Shown piece after piece: positions 1-12,443 of a stretch of DNA of 64,000 bases (position 1 is the first letter of the stretch; the number at the start of each line of letters is the position of its first letter). The notes under the pieces were generated by a model. The model saw only the letters and a program-made list of their open reading frames with translations, did not search any database and was not told the DNA's origin. Location of the stretch: assembly GCA_964016885.1 (NCBI GenBank), contig OZ024753.1:9486001-9550000 (forward strand). The letters are read 5' to 3'. Both the position numbers and the translations under genes were made by a program. Source of the stretch: Eledone cirrhosa. Taxonomy: Eukaryota.

Positions 1-29
1 ATATATAAATATATACATAAATATCATTC

Positions 30-110
30 AACATCATCATCGTCGATTAACGTCTATCTTCCACGCTAGCATGGGTTAGACGGGTTTGTCCCATTTAGTG
101 ACCGTGCCTC
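30..110 (-). mobile_element. RTE-type 3' tail fragment with (TGA)n end
   Basis: Reverse complement reads cccgtctaacccatgctagcgtggaagatagacgttaatcgacgatgatgatg, the same tail as at 5760-5821. Confidence 0.65.
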
Positions 111-112
111 GC

Positions 113-197
<85 letters not shown>

Positions 198-200
<3 letters not shown>

Positions 201-383
201 GGAAGACGCAGTAGAGGTAGACAACGTAAAACATGGGCGGAGGTGGTGAGAGCAGACCTCAGATTGCTGAAACTCACCGAGGAGATGACGAAGGGCCGTG
301 ACAAGTGGAGAGATGCTGTGTTGAATAGGACCCGTCCAACCCTTGCAAGCAGGGAAAAGCGGACGTAAAATGATGATGATGAT
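198..383 (+). mobile_element. RTE LINE 3' end (ORF C-terminus plus (TGA)n tail)
   Basis: Translates EGRRSRGRQRKTWAEVVRADLRLLKLTEEMTKGRDKWRDAVLNRTRPT, the RTE-clade GRPRKTW...DR..W motif; ends gcaagcagggaaaagcggacgtaaaa(tga)n. Confidence 0.85.
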
Positions 384-581
384 ATTATGTACATATATAT
401 ATATATATATATATTATGTACAAGCAGGGAAAAGTGGACGTATGATGATGATGATGTATGTATGCATGTATGTATGTATTTATATTTATATATATATATA
501 TATGTATCTATGTATGTATGTATGTTCTTCTGGTTTTATAATTTCACAAAGTTTGTATGTATGTATGTATGTATTTACATT

Positions 582-612
<31 letters not shown>

Positions 613-890
613 CAGTAAGTTTATATGCATATATGTACCGAAATATGTAGGCATGTGTGTGAATATACAGTCATCCATGTCATATCTCCTCTATTGAGTT
701 ACTCCCTAAATATTCTCCAAGCAGTTCATATTCTGGCTACTATGCTTCCTAAGTAAGTATTTCCAATGCTAATTTAATCAACTAGGTAACACAAGCTATC
801 AATTACACCTTTGTGACCTTTCAAGAATTGGAAAGAATTTATTTTAATCTAATTGTTATCTATTTCAGTGCATCTGTTACAAATGAAAGC

Positions 891-1010
891 TACAAGGACT
901 AGCTGAAAAATTCATAGGATGACCAAGATACTCTCATGAAATGACCAAATGAGGTTTATTTTTCAACATAGTCCCTGGAAAATAACGATGCAGTTATTAA
1001 TAAGAAGAGA
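891..1010 (+). mobile_element. Partial mariner-type MITE (one TIR)
   Basis: tacaaggactagctgaaaaattcatagg and the following internal sequence match the element at 63571-63767. Confidence 0.6.
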
Positions 1011-1211
1011 TGAATTTAATTCAAGTGCCACTTGCTGAATAGTTAGTTACTATGGTGATATCTATCTATCTTTCACAGTCTCTCTCTCTCTCACTGTATT
1101 TCTCTCTCAACATCACGTACAGGATGTTTTCAGTTTACAAACATTTCAGGGGATGAATGGCCTTCAAGAATGAATTACGTCCATGAACTGACGTTCCACT
1201 GAATAATAATT

Positions 1212-1598
1212 GAGCCATAAGGACGAAAGGCAAAATCTAACTTCGGCAGGATTTGAACTCAGAACATAAAGAGCCAAACCAAATATCACAATTGCATTTT
1301 ATCTGGCATAATATTAATAATAATGGTTTCTTATATAGACACAAGGCCAGCAATTTGGGGGGGAGGGGAAATCGATTAAATCGACTCCACTACATTACTG
1401 GTACTTTATTTAATCGACCCCGTAAGGATGAAAGGCAAAGTTAACCTCGGCGGGATTTGAACTCAGATCATAAAGGGGCATAATAATAATAATAATTGTT
1501 TCTACTTTAGGCACAAGGCCAGCAATTACCCAGTGCATTACTGGTACTTTATTTTATCGACCCCGTAAGGATGAAAGGCAAAGTCAACCTCGGCGGGA
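1212..1598 (-). mobile_element. Cluster of partial SINE family B copies
   Basis: Repeated ggcacaaggccagcaat...atcgaccccgtaaggatgaaaggcaaag...gatttgaactcag (B box GAGTTCAAATCC on minus strand), with (TAA)n tails. Confidence 0.8.
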
Positions 1599-1631
1599 TA
1601 ATAATAATAATAATAATAATAAGAAGAAGAA

Positions 1632-2060
1632 TTTAGAACACAATAGGCCTGACCAGTGGTTTTTGACAAGGAAAAGAGATTGTGCCTGATTGTAGATGTA
1701 GCTTGCCCATTTGACACAAGAGTGCAAGAAAAGGAGAGGGAGGTAATTAACCGATACCAGGATTTAAAGTGGGAGTTAAAAAGGATTTGGGACTGCCATG
1801 AATCCAAGGTCGTCGTCCCGATGGTCATAGGAGCACTATGTACTATCTCAAAGAGTTTTCGAGGATGGTTAAATAACAGCCCATTTTTTTTGGAACACGT
1901 CAAAAGGCATGCTTGCTGGGAACAGCAGGAACCCTCCGATACATCCTGAATATCTGAGGCTGCAGGTAGTGGCTTGATATTCATTTCAACAAACTTTCCA
2001 GTTAAATAACATCAATTACTGAGACTCAAAGAATAATAATAATAACAATAACAGCAACAA
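1632..2060 (+). mobile_element. 5'-truncated R4/Dong-like non-LTR element (REL endonuclease C-terminus plus 3'UTR)
   Basis: EHNRPD...LIVDVACPFDTRVQEKE..I.RYQDL, a PD-(D/E)xK REL motif; frameshifted; very similar to 62008-62602; (TAA)n on both sides. Confidence 0.85.
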
Positions 2061-2365
2061 CATAGAGAAGGGGATTTGCTGTTAAAAGAGATTAAAGTTT
2101 TTCGCCAAAAGCAGACAAAGACATTCCAATTAATAGATACCTTATAATGGTAGATTTATCATTTAATGACATTCTGATACTCCTTCTTCGTTAGAGAGAG
2201 TGAGGGGGGGGGGGGTAGTAGAGAGAGAGTGGGGGGGTTAGTAGAGAGGGGGGAGTAAGCAAGTAATATTCTTTGCAAAGTTAATCTATTCATATAAGTA
2301 CTCAATACCTACCCATCATGATCCCCTCCCTCTCTATACACACACATACATACATACATGCATAT

Positions 2366-3146
2366 ATCATCATCATCATCATCATTTAACGTCCATCTTC
2401 CACACTAGCATGGGTCTGGACAGGAATTGTCCCACTTGAGGCAAGATTGGTTGTCTTGCAGGTTTTCTACGGCTGGGTGCCCTTCCTAACACCAACCACG
2501 TTTACAGTGTGGACTGGGAGGTTATTACCGTGTTACCTACACGGCCACATTATAGCGTGGACTGTGTGTTTTTTTTGTCGTGACACCTACACGACCTCAT
2601 TTATTTAGGACTGGATGTTGTGGCACCAACATAGCTTTACATCGAAAGGGGTGGTGTAGATGGCAGTGAGGATAGGGTTAGTTGGACGGGGGTGTATTTT
2701 GGTTAAGAGGTGCCTACTGACTCTAGGTTTCGCTTTGTACATAGGCAACACGGGTCTTCTGTATTACTGCGTAGCACCAAAGATCTCGGTCCAGTGACAT
2801 TGTCTTGGAGAGGTGTAAGTGTGTGAGGTCGGATTTTATCAAGTCGTCCCAGGTTTTTCTGGGTCTGCCTACTCCGTAACTACCATCAATTTTGATCGCC
2901 CTGCACTTTTTTATGCAGCTGTCGTCTTTCATGCGCATCACGTAACCATACCAACGTAGTCTTCTCTCAAGTAAACAGCATCTGATCCCTCTTATTCCTA
3001 ATTTCTCACTTAGTTCATTTATGCTTTGCCGTTCACGTATATTACTATTACACATCCAACCGAGCATGCAAGCTTCGTTCCTCTCCAGTCTGCGTAGATC
3101 TTCTGCACTCAAGGCTCTGCACACAAGGCCCATGTCTCACTGCCAT
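2366..3146 (-). mobile_element. 5'-truncated RTE LINE (C-terminal ORF, 3'UTR, (TGA)n tail)
   Basis: ORF 2723-3133 has HGSETW, RRLRWYGYVMRM and GRPRKTWDDLIKSDL; 3'UTR contains ttaggaagggcacccagcc; (tga)n tail at about 2366-2384. Confidence 0.9.
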
Positions 3147-3637
3147 GTGAGACATGGGCCTTGTTTGCAGAGGATCTATATATATATATACATTATCATG
3201 CCATATTATCATACATAGCCATAGATTCATTTCACCTGGCAGCGATATTGGTCATGGTCTAATTTAATAGCAATAGGATAAAATATATATATATATATAT
3301 CGATGTGCATACATTGATTTATATATAGTGAAATAAACATATTCTCTCTCTCCCTCTACACACACACACACACACACACATTCACACACATACACACACA
3401 CATATATATATATATATATAAGTATGTTTATATGTGTACATGTATATGTATATATATATTTATTTATAAATATGTATATATGCATATATGTATATGTGTG
3501 TATATATATTCGTATATATACATATACATATATATATATATATATATAAATATGTATGATATATAATGTATGTATATTTATATATATACATAGAAAAGCA
3601 GTCATAGAAATACCCTCAAATACATATTAACACAATT

Positions 3638-3699
<62 letters not shown>

Positions 3700-3827
3700 T
3701 AGGGAGAGAGAGAAAGAGAGACAGAGAGAGAGAGTGAGCAAGAGAATGAGAGAGAGAGTGAGCGAGAGAATGAGAGAGAGAGACACAGAGAAAGAGTGAG
3801 CGAGAGAATGAGAGAGAGAGACACAGA

Positions 3828-3860
<33 letters not shown>

Positions 3861-3904
3861 GCAGACATCATACATACAGAAATTCATTCCGATATATATT
3901 CAGA

Positions 3905-4075
3905 TAGCTACATATTTTGGCAATATTTAACTGGTTCAAAGGAACACATCAATTTGGTGTTGCGAAAAGATCAAACCTTGTATTTCAGCATCAAAATAAA
4001 CCACGACAATATTGAAAGTGCTGCTGTCGTAGAGAACCATCAAAAACAATCATTTGTAGGTGTGATCTTAATCAA
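3905..4075 (+). pseudogene. Possible highly degenerate Penelope-like GIY-YIG C-terminal remnant
   Basis: Pieces resembling RFKEH..KRSNL..KINHDNIE..ENHQKQSFV.VILIK across frameshifts, upstream of a hammerhead motif. Confidence 0.3.
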
Positions 4076-4344
4076 AGGGGTAGTTTATTGAAGATAGGGG
4101 AGTGATGGTATATTACATACAACCAATAGCTCCAACCATGGAGTAATCAATGGATATATATGGTTAGCAGCAAAAGAATTACTGGTTATGGTAATGCAAT
4201 TTATCGTTTGTATTAACAAAGGGGCAGTTTATTGAAGATAGGGGAGTGATGGTTATATTACATACAACCAATAGCTCCAACCATGGAGTAATCAAAGGAT
4301 ATATATGGTTAGCAGCAAAAGAATTACTGGTTATGGTTATGCAA
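4074..4344. repeat. Tandem duplication, about 145 bp period, 2 copies
   Basis: aaagggg(t/c)agtttattgaagataggggagtgatgg...ggttatggt(a/t)atgcaa at 4074 and 4218. Confidence 0.9.
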
Positions 4345-4356
4345 GCGGTGGGAAGG

Positions 4357-4400
4357 ACCGTCCTGACGAAGGGGAGTTAAGCCTGAAATGCATAGACGGT
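4357..4400 (+). ncRNA. Minimal type I hammerhead ribozyme motif with intact core
   Basis: accgtc-CTGACGA-agg(ggagttaag)cct-GAAA-tgca-TA-gacggt: 6-bp helix I, palindromic ATGCAT helix III, predicted cut after 4394. Confidence 0.8.
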
Positions 4401-4937
4401 TGTCCCCCTTGCTTCTGCTGGACATCACCAAAGGGCGTTACCACACACCCCTCCCTCGGTGTTTGCATTGCATAGCTACGGCTTCCTAAAACCGTATTTC
4501 TTTGGAGATATGAAATATTTTTACATATATATATATATATATATAAAATCTGTGTTAGTATTGAGAAACTTTGAAATGTGGAAGAATATTCTAGAGGTGA
4601 ATAAGTTACAAAGATCAACATTCAATATGGGAAATGTAAAAATAGCAATTAGCAAAGAGCAACAAAAATCTGGAATTATCTAAAATGTAGATTTTATCTG
4701 CAACTAGGAAATATGTATGATCATGTTAGTTAGTACTCAAAACAAGTATTTTGATGCACACACAGTTTAATTTTTGTTTTTCCTCTTTTTGGGGGATCTT
4801 CGGAAACTGAGATATTCTTCCATCTGTGGACACAGCTATATATATTTCAAACCGTTTCTGGCAAATATTCAAGTCCAACAGGCCTTACTACTAGGACACA
4901 CATCTCCACAGTACCACAGACTTACACATATATATAT

Positions 4938-5821
4938 GGAGTGGGGAGACCCAGGAAGACCTGGGATGAGGTGATAAAAGCCAACCTTGCCCAATTGCAC
5001 CTCTCAGAGGAGATGACACGCACATGACCCGGATCTCTGGCCATATGCGGTAATGCAGAAGACCTGACTTCCCACGGGCACAAGCTGAAGCAACACCCCC
5101 ACCAACCCTCTTCTCCCAGCCCATGCTATAAAGTGGACGTGTAAAAGACATGGCAAAAAGTACCGGCCCCACGCTATAAAGTGAACATGTAAAAGACATG
5201 GCAAAAAGTCCCAACCCCACGCTGTAAAGTGGACGTGTAAAAGACATGGCAAAAAGTACCGGCCCCACGCTATAAAGTGAACATGTAAAAGACATGGCAA
5301 AAAGTCCCAACCCCACGCTGTAAAGTGGACGTGTAAAAGACATGGCAAAAAGTACCGGCCCCACGCTATAAAGTGAACATGTAAAAGACATGGCAAAAAG
5401 TCCCAACCCCACGCTGTAAAGTGGACGTGTAAAAGACATGGCAAAAAGTACCGGCCCCACGCTATAAAGTGAACATGTAAAAGACATGGCAAAAAGTCCC
5501 AACCCCACGCTGTAAAGTGGACGTGTAAAAGACATGGCAAAAAGTACCGGCCCCACGCTATAAAGTGAACATGTAAAAGACATGGCAAAAAGTCCCAACC
5601 CCACGCTGTAAAGTGGACGTGTAAAAGACACGGCAAAAAGCACCCAGCCCACACCGTAAATGTGGTTGGGGTTAGGAAGGACATCCAGCAGTAGAAAACC
5701 AGCCAGAAACACCACTATTTGAGCGGAACACGGTCACCTGACACAACTTGCTTCAAAATAGGACCCGTCTAACCCATGCTAGCATGGAAGATGGACGTTA
5801 GTCGATGATGATGATGATGAT
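4938..5821 (+). mobile_element. RTE LINE 3' end with internal 48-bp tandem array
   Basis: GVGRPRKTWDEVIKANLAQLHLSEEMT..DLWPYAVMQKT; 3'UTR; tail acccatgctagcatggaagatggacgttagtc(gat)n. Confidence 0.85.
5130..5657. repeat. Minisatellite of 11 x 48 bp with two alternating variants (96-bp higher-order unit)
   Basis: aaagtggacgtgtaaaagacatggcaaaaagtaccggccccacgctat alternates with aaagtgaacatgtaaaagacatggcaaaaagtcccaaccccacgctgt. Confidence 0.95.
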
Positions 5822-6361
5822 AATTTTATTTTAATACTCTAAAAATGGTCAATACTTTTTTTCTGTTTTCACATTTTGTAGAGAAAAAACATAAGGAAAA
5901 AAAAATGAGAAAAAATGTAATTACAAAAACTACAACAAAAGGTAATAAATAAATAGGTACTCCGGGGATTTTTTTGGCATTTATGAAGAATAATTCTGGT
6001 GAGTATTAAGTTAGGCTAAACAATGTCTGTGAAAATATACTGGACTCATTTGTAATTCCAGTACCAAAATATAGAACAAAAAATAAAAATGGCAATTATT
6101 TATTTTGTATTTCAACTTTGCTTTTTTTTTTTTTTTCTAGAATTATCTTGCTCACTCTATATTTTTTTTTCTTTTCTTATTTCACTATTTTTTGCAGACA
6201 AAGATAATTTTGTTAATCTTCTGAGATTAAAATGACCAATAGTTTGAGATTTTTGCTGCTGAAATTATTGATATTATAAATATAGAAGAACTGTTGTAAT
6301 CACATCAAACTACTAATATAGAATAGAGGCTAAGACGAAAGCAGTAACACTGATGCATATG

Positions 6362-6392
<31 letters not shown>

Positions 6393-6407
6393 GTATATAT
6401 GTGTGTG

Positions 6408-6464
<57 letters not shown>

Positions 6465-6516
6465 AATATTGGACCCATTCGAAAAAGATCTATTCAAGTT
6501 CATATGTATATGTATG

Positions 6517-6626
<110 letters not shown>

Positions 6627-6636
6627 TATATATATG

Positions 6637-6667
<31 letters not shown>

Positions 6668-6723
6668 GTGTATGTATGTATATATATATATATATATATT
6701 ACATATATATACACATATATGCA

Positions 6724-7003
6724 TCCTTTGTTCTGTCCTACGCCATCTTGTTTTAGATGGCGTAGGACAGAACAAAGGAGAGGCACAAAAAACAAAGAAA
6801 AGAATCCCCAGTCACTGAAGAGGTCACAGAATGTGTGACGAAAGAACTTTGACAATTTATAAACAATCATCTGGTTGTAGAACCAACCAACCAACCAACC
6901 GGAAATTTATAAATTCCTAAATTTATAAATTTATTATAATAAATTGAAGTGAAAGCAACTGGTGCGTGTGTTTCTTATTGGCAACATGACCCTCCCAAAG
7001 TAT

Positions 7004-7010
<7 letters not shown>
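6724..7010 (+). mobile_element. Short hammerhead-containing element (Penelope pLTR/retrozyme-like) with a 5' fold-back
   Basis: 25-bp perfect hairpin at 6724-6779; gtca-CTGAAGA-g-gtcaca..tgtgac-GAAA-gaac-TT-tgac at 6811-6853; second family copy at 50370-50634. Confidence 0.6.
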
Positions 7011-7048
<38 letters not shown>

Positions 7049-7337
7049 CATCCAGGAGGTTCACGCCAGTAGCGAGGTGAAGAGCTTTTGATTGCAGAGT
7101 TGGGCCAGATTGATTTAGATCGAACCTTGAGCTGATCAATAGCAAACCGCTCGTCACCAATCGATAAATGTAATGAAGGCTTAATCAATCATCCTTGTAT
7201 TATATACATGCATACATATATATGTATATATCTATCTATGTATATGAATACATATATATATATGCATGCAAACATATATCTATATGCATATATATTTATG
7301 CATGTATATATATATATGAATACATACACATATATAT

Positions 7338-7509
7338 GAATACATATATATATACATGACTAGGAGTAGGAAGCTGTCAATCCCTGACGTTATCTCTAGG
7401 GATACGGGAATCAGTAGACAGGACCTGGGGGCGGCGATGGGGGACAGGGAATTCTGGGGCATGAGAGTGAGATCCATCATCTCGACAGTAGTCGATGAAT
7501 AATGATGAT
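7338..7509 (+). mobile_element. RTE LINE extreme 3' fragment
   Basis: TRSRKLSIPDVISRDTGISRQDLGAAMGDREFW..RV resembles the C-terminus of the 48241 ORF; (tga)n tail. Confidence 0.65.
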
Positions 7510-7675
7510 TATATATATATATATAAATACATATATATATAAATACATATATATATATGAATACATATATATATATGAATACATATATATATATATGAAT
7601 ACATATATATACACAAGCATACATATATATATACATGCATACATATATATATACATGCATACATATATATATACA

Positions 7676-7730
<55 letters not shown>

Positions 7731-7769
7731 GCACACATGTACGTATGTATGTATATATATGTTTATTTA

Positions 7770-7813
<44 letters not shown>

Positions 7814-7893
7814 CGAAGGAAATGTGGTAAGGAACCAGGTGGACCATAACGCACCAAAGTACTCAATACTTAGGGTAGTAGAGTGGGTAATAG

Positions 7894-7991
7894 GAACCAG
7901 TAAGACCCCGACGGCTGAGCTCAAGCCGTTTTGACGTCCAGAATTAGCTGTCGAAATGGCTTGAGCTCAGCCGTCGGGGTCTTACTGGTTC
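7894..7991. repeat. 42-bp inverted repeat with a 14-nt loop
   Basis: gaaccagtaagaccccgacggctgagctcaagccgttttgac pairs with gtcgaaatggcttgagctcagccgtcggggtcttactggttc (two G-T positions). Confidence 0.95.
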
Positions 7992-8021
7992 GTATATATA
8001 TATATATATATATATATACAT

Positions 8022-8364
8022 GGAGGCACATGGCTTAGTGGTTAGAGCATTGGGCTTGCAATCGAAAGGTTGTGAGTTCAATTCTCAGACCAGGTGATGT
8101 GTTGTTTCCTTGAGCAAGACACTTTATTTCACATTGCTCCAGTTTACTCAACTGTAGAAATGAGACGGTAGGGACTGGGGTCCATATCATTCCCCTGCAA
8201 AGTGGATGTGTAGGTGCCACGGCAAAAAAGCACCCAGCCCTCACTGTAAATGAGGTTGGTGTTAGGAAGGGCATCCGGCTGTAGAAATCAAGCCAGAATC
8301 AGTTCCCGTCCCACCCTTGCAAGCAGGGAAAAAGCGGACGTAAAATGAAATGATGATGATGATG
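8022..8364 (+). mobile_element. tRNA-derived SINE family A, full length
   Basis: A box TGGCTTAGTGG, B box GAGTTCAATTC, CORE-like ccttgagcaagacactt, RTE-type tail with (TGA)n; many copies in the window. Confidence 0.9.
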
Positions 8365-8584
8365 TATAATATATATATATATATACATTATACATCTACA
8401 ATGTGTGTATGTCTGTTGAAAGTTAAATAACAATTATAACTGGCTAAGACAGATGTTTGTCTGTAAGCCAGTATTAAGAGAGAGACTAATGAACTGGTCC
8501 CCAGTGAGGAATAAATATCAATAAGACATCAGCTAATAGTAAAGAGGATATTGAAACAATACTCCATCAATTTGTTTGACTTTA

Positions 8585-11500
8585 CCTCTACACCCTACCG
8601 CCTTCCATACATATCACCACCTTCCATACATATCTCTTACTGTCTTCCATACATAGATTCCTACCACCTTCCATACATATCTTCTACCACCTTCCATATA
8701 TATCTCCTACCGCCTTCCATACAGTCTCCTACCACCTTCCATAGAGTCACCTACCACCTTCCATATATATCTCCTACCACCTTCCATACAGTCTCCTACC
8801 ACCTTCCATATATATCTCCTACCACCTTCCATACAGTCTCCTACCACCTTCCATATATATCTCCTACCACCTTCCATACAGTCTGGTACCACCTTCCATA
8901 TATATCACCTACCACCTTCCATACAGTCACCTACCACCTTCCATAGTCACCTACCACCTTCCATACAATCACCTACCACCTTCCATAGTCACCTACCACC
9001 TTCCATACAGTCACCTACCACCTTCCATATAGTCACCTACCACCTTCCATATATATCACCTACCACCTTCCATAGTCACCTACCACCTTCCATACAGTCT
9101 CCTACCACCTTCCATATATATCTCCTACCACCTTCCATACAGTCATCTACCACCTTCCATACAGTTTCCTACCACCTTCCATATATATCTCCTACCACCT
9201 TCCATATATATCTCCTACCACCTTCCATATATATCTCCTACCACCTTCCATACAGTCTCCTACCACCTTCCATATATATCTCCTACCACACAGTCTCCTA
9301 CCACCTTCCATATATATCTCCTACCATCTTCCATACAGTCTCCTACCATCTTCCATACAGTCTCCTACCACCTTCCATACAGTCACCTACCACCTTCCAT
9401 ACAGTCTCCTACCACCTTCCATATATATCACCTACCACCTTCCATACAGTCTCCTACCACCTTCCATACAGTCACCTACCACCTTCCATATATATCACCT
9501 ACCACCTTCCATACAGTCTCCTACCACCTTCCATACAGTCACCTACCACCTTCCATATATATCTCCTACCACCTTCCATACAGTCTCCTACCACCTTCCA
9601 TATATATCTCCTACCACCTTCCATACAGTCACCTACCACCTTCCATATATATCTCCTACCACCTTCCATACAGTCTCCTACCACCTTCCATACAGTCTCC
9701 TACCACCTTCCATACAGTCACCTACCACCTTCCATACAGTCACCTACCACCTTCCATACAGTCTCCTACCACCTTCCATACAGTCTCCTACCACCTTCCA
9801 TATATATCTCCTACCACCTTCCATACAGTCTCCTACCACCTTCCATACAGTCTCCTACCACCTTCCATACAGTCTCCTACCACCTTCCATATATATCTCC
9901 TACCACCTTCCATACAGTCACCTACCACCTTCCATATATATCTCCTACCATCTTCCATACAGTCACCTACCACTTTCCATACAGTCTCCTACCATCTTCC
10001 ATACAGTCACCTACCACCTTCCATACAGTCTCCTACCACCTTCCATATATATCTCCTACCATCTTCCATACAGTCACCTACCACCTTCCATATATATCTC
10101 CTACCACCTTCCATACAGTCTCCTACCACCTTCCATACAGTCTCCTACCACCTTCCATACAGTCTCCTACCACCTTCCATATATATCTCCTACCACCTTC
10201 CATACAGTCTCCTACCACCTTCCATAGTCTCCTACCACCTTCCATATATATCTCCTACCACCTTCCATACAGTCACCAACCGCCTTCCATACAGTCACCT
10301 ACCACCTTCCATATATATCTCCTACCATCTTCCATACAGTCTCCTACCATCTTCCATACAGTCTCCTACCACCTTCCATACAGTCACCTACCACCTTCCA
10401 TACAGTCACCTACCACCTTCCATACAGTCTCCTACCACCTTCCATATATATCTCCTACCATCTTCCATACAGTCACCTACCATCTTCCATACAGTCTCCT
10501 ACCACCTTCCATACAGTCACCTACCACCTTCCATACAGTCACCTACCATCTTCCATACAGTCTCCTACCACCTTCCATACAGTCTCCTACCACCTTCCAT
10601 ATATATCCCCTACCACCTTCCATACAGTCTCCTACCACCTTCCATACAGTCACCTACCACCTTCCATACAGTCTCCTACCACCTTCCATATATATCTCCT
10701 ACCATCTTTCATACAGTCACCAACCGCCTTCCATACAGTCACCTACCATCTTTCATATATATCACCTACCATCTTCCATACAGTCACCTACCATCTTTCA
10801 TATATATCACTTACCATCTTCCATACAGTCACCTACCGCCTTCCATACAGTCACCTACCATCTTTCATATATATCACCTACCACCTTCCATACAGTCACC
10901 TACCACCTTCCATACAGTCACCTACCATCTTTCATATATATCACCTACCACCTTCCATACAGTCACCTACCACCTTCCATACAGTCACCTACCATCTTTC
11001 ATATATATCACCTACCATCTTCCATACAGTCACCTACCGCCTTCCATACAGTCACCTACCATCTTTCATATATATCACCTACCATCTTCCATACAGTCAC
11101 CTACCGCCTTCCATACAGTCACCTACCACCTTCCATACAGTCACCTACCATCTTTCATATATATCACCTACCATCTTCCATACAGTCACCTACCATCTTT
11201 CATATATATCACCTACCACCTTCCATACAGTCACCAACCGCCTTCCATACAGTCACCTACCATCTTTCATATATATCACCTACCACCTTCCATACAGTCA
11301 CCTACCACCTTCCATACAGTCACCTACCATCTTTCATATATATCACCTACCATCTTCCATACAGTCACCTACCGCCTTCCATACAGTCACCTACCACCTT
11401 CCATACAGTCACCTACCATCTTTCATATATATCACCTACAATCTTCCATACAGTCACCTACCATCTTTCATATATATCACCTACCACCTTCCATACAGTC

Positions 11501-11890
11501 ACCTACCACCTTCCATATATATCACCTACCATCTTCCATACAGTCACCTACCATCTTCCATACAGTCACCTACCACCTTCCATATATATCTCCTACCACC
11601 TTCCATACAGTCACCTACCACCTTCCATATATATCTCCTACCACCTTCCATACAGTCACCTACCACCTTCCATATATATCTCCTACCACCTTCCATACAG
11701 TCTCCTACCACCTTCCATACAGTCTCCTACCACCTTCCATACAGTCACCTACCACCTTCCATACAGTCTCCTACCACCTTCCATATATATCACCTACCAC
11801 CTTCCATACAGTCACCTACCACCTTCCATACAGTCTCCTACCACCTTCCATATATATCTCCTACCATCTTCCATACAGTCACCTACCGCC
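8585..11890. repeat. About 3.3 kb minisatellite of 22/23-bp units
   Basis: ctaccaccttccatacagtc(t/a)c and ctaccaccttccatatatatc(t/a)c interspersed; a catctttcat variant is concentrated at about 10700-11470. Confidence 0.97.
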
Positions 11891-12104
11891 GGGACACTGC
11901 ATCCTTTAAAAGCTCCATGCTTCCTGAAATCCACCAACACTACACCTGATATGCCCCCTCCATACACATGTATACACATGAATATCATGACCCATACACT
12001 GTTCACTTTCCTGTACATTATTCTATGTACTATACATGCACCTTTGATGAGTTGTAGTGCACCTGAGCACTGTACACAATATTGTCATTATTATGTTATC
12101 TTTC

Positions 12105-12270
12105 ACCTACTACTACTACTACTACTACTACTACAGCCAACACCAGCACTATTACCAGCACCACTACTACTACAACTACCACCACTTCTTACTCAACCAC
12201 CACTACTACCACTTCTTACGCTACCACTACTACTACTACCACCACCACTTCTACCGCCACTTCTAGCACC
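12105..12270. repeat. (CTA/CCA)n trinucleotide tract
   Basis: Direct reading. Confidence 0.9.
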
Positions 12271-12354
12271 TCCGCTGTATACATACACACACATATATAT
12301 ATATACATACACATACACACACATATATATATATTTATATATATGTATACTTGA

Positions 12355-12399
<45 letters not shown>

Positions 12400-12443
12400 T
12401 GTATACTTATATATGAATATATACATATATATGTGTGTGTATA

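Noticed and set aside
8022-8095. tRNA gene (TGC loop)
   Set aside because: A and B boxes are present, but the acceptor and anticodon stems do not pair properly and the sequence continues into the SINE body
8035-8274. Recurring 79-aa [14 protein letters not shown]...QCSNH
   Set aside because: Antisense reading of SINE family A; recurrence reflects SINE copy number, not a gene family
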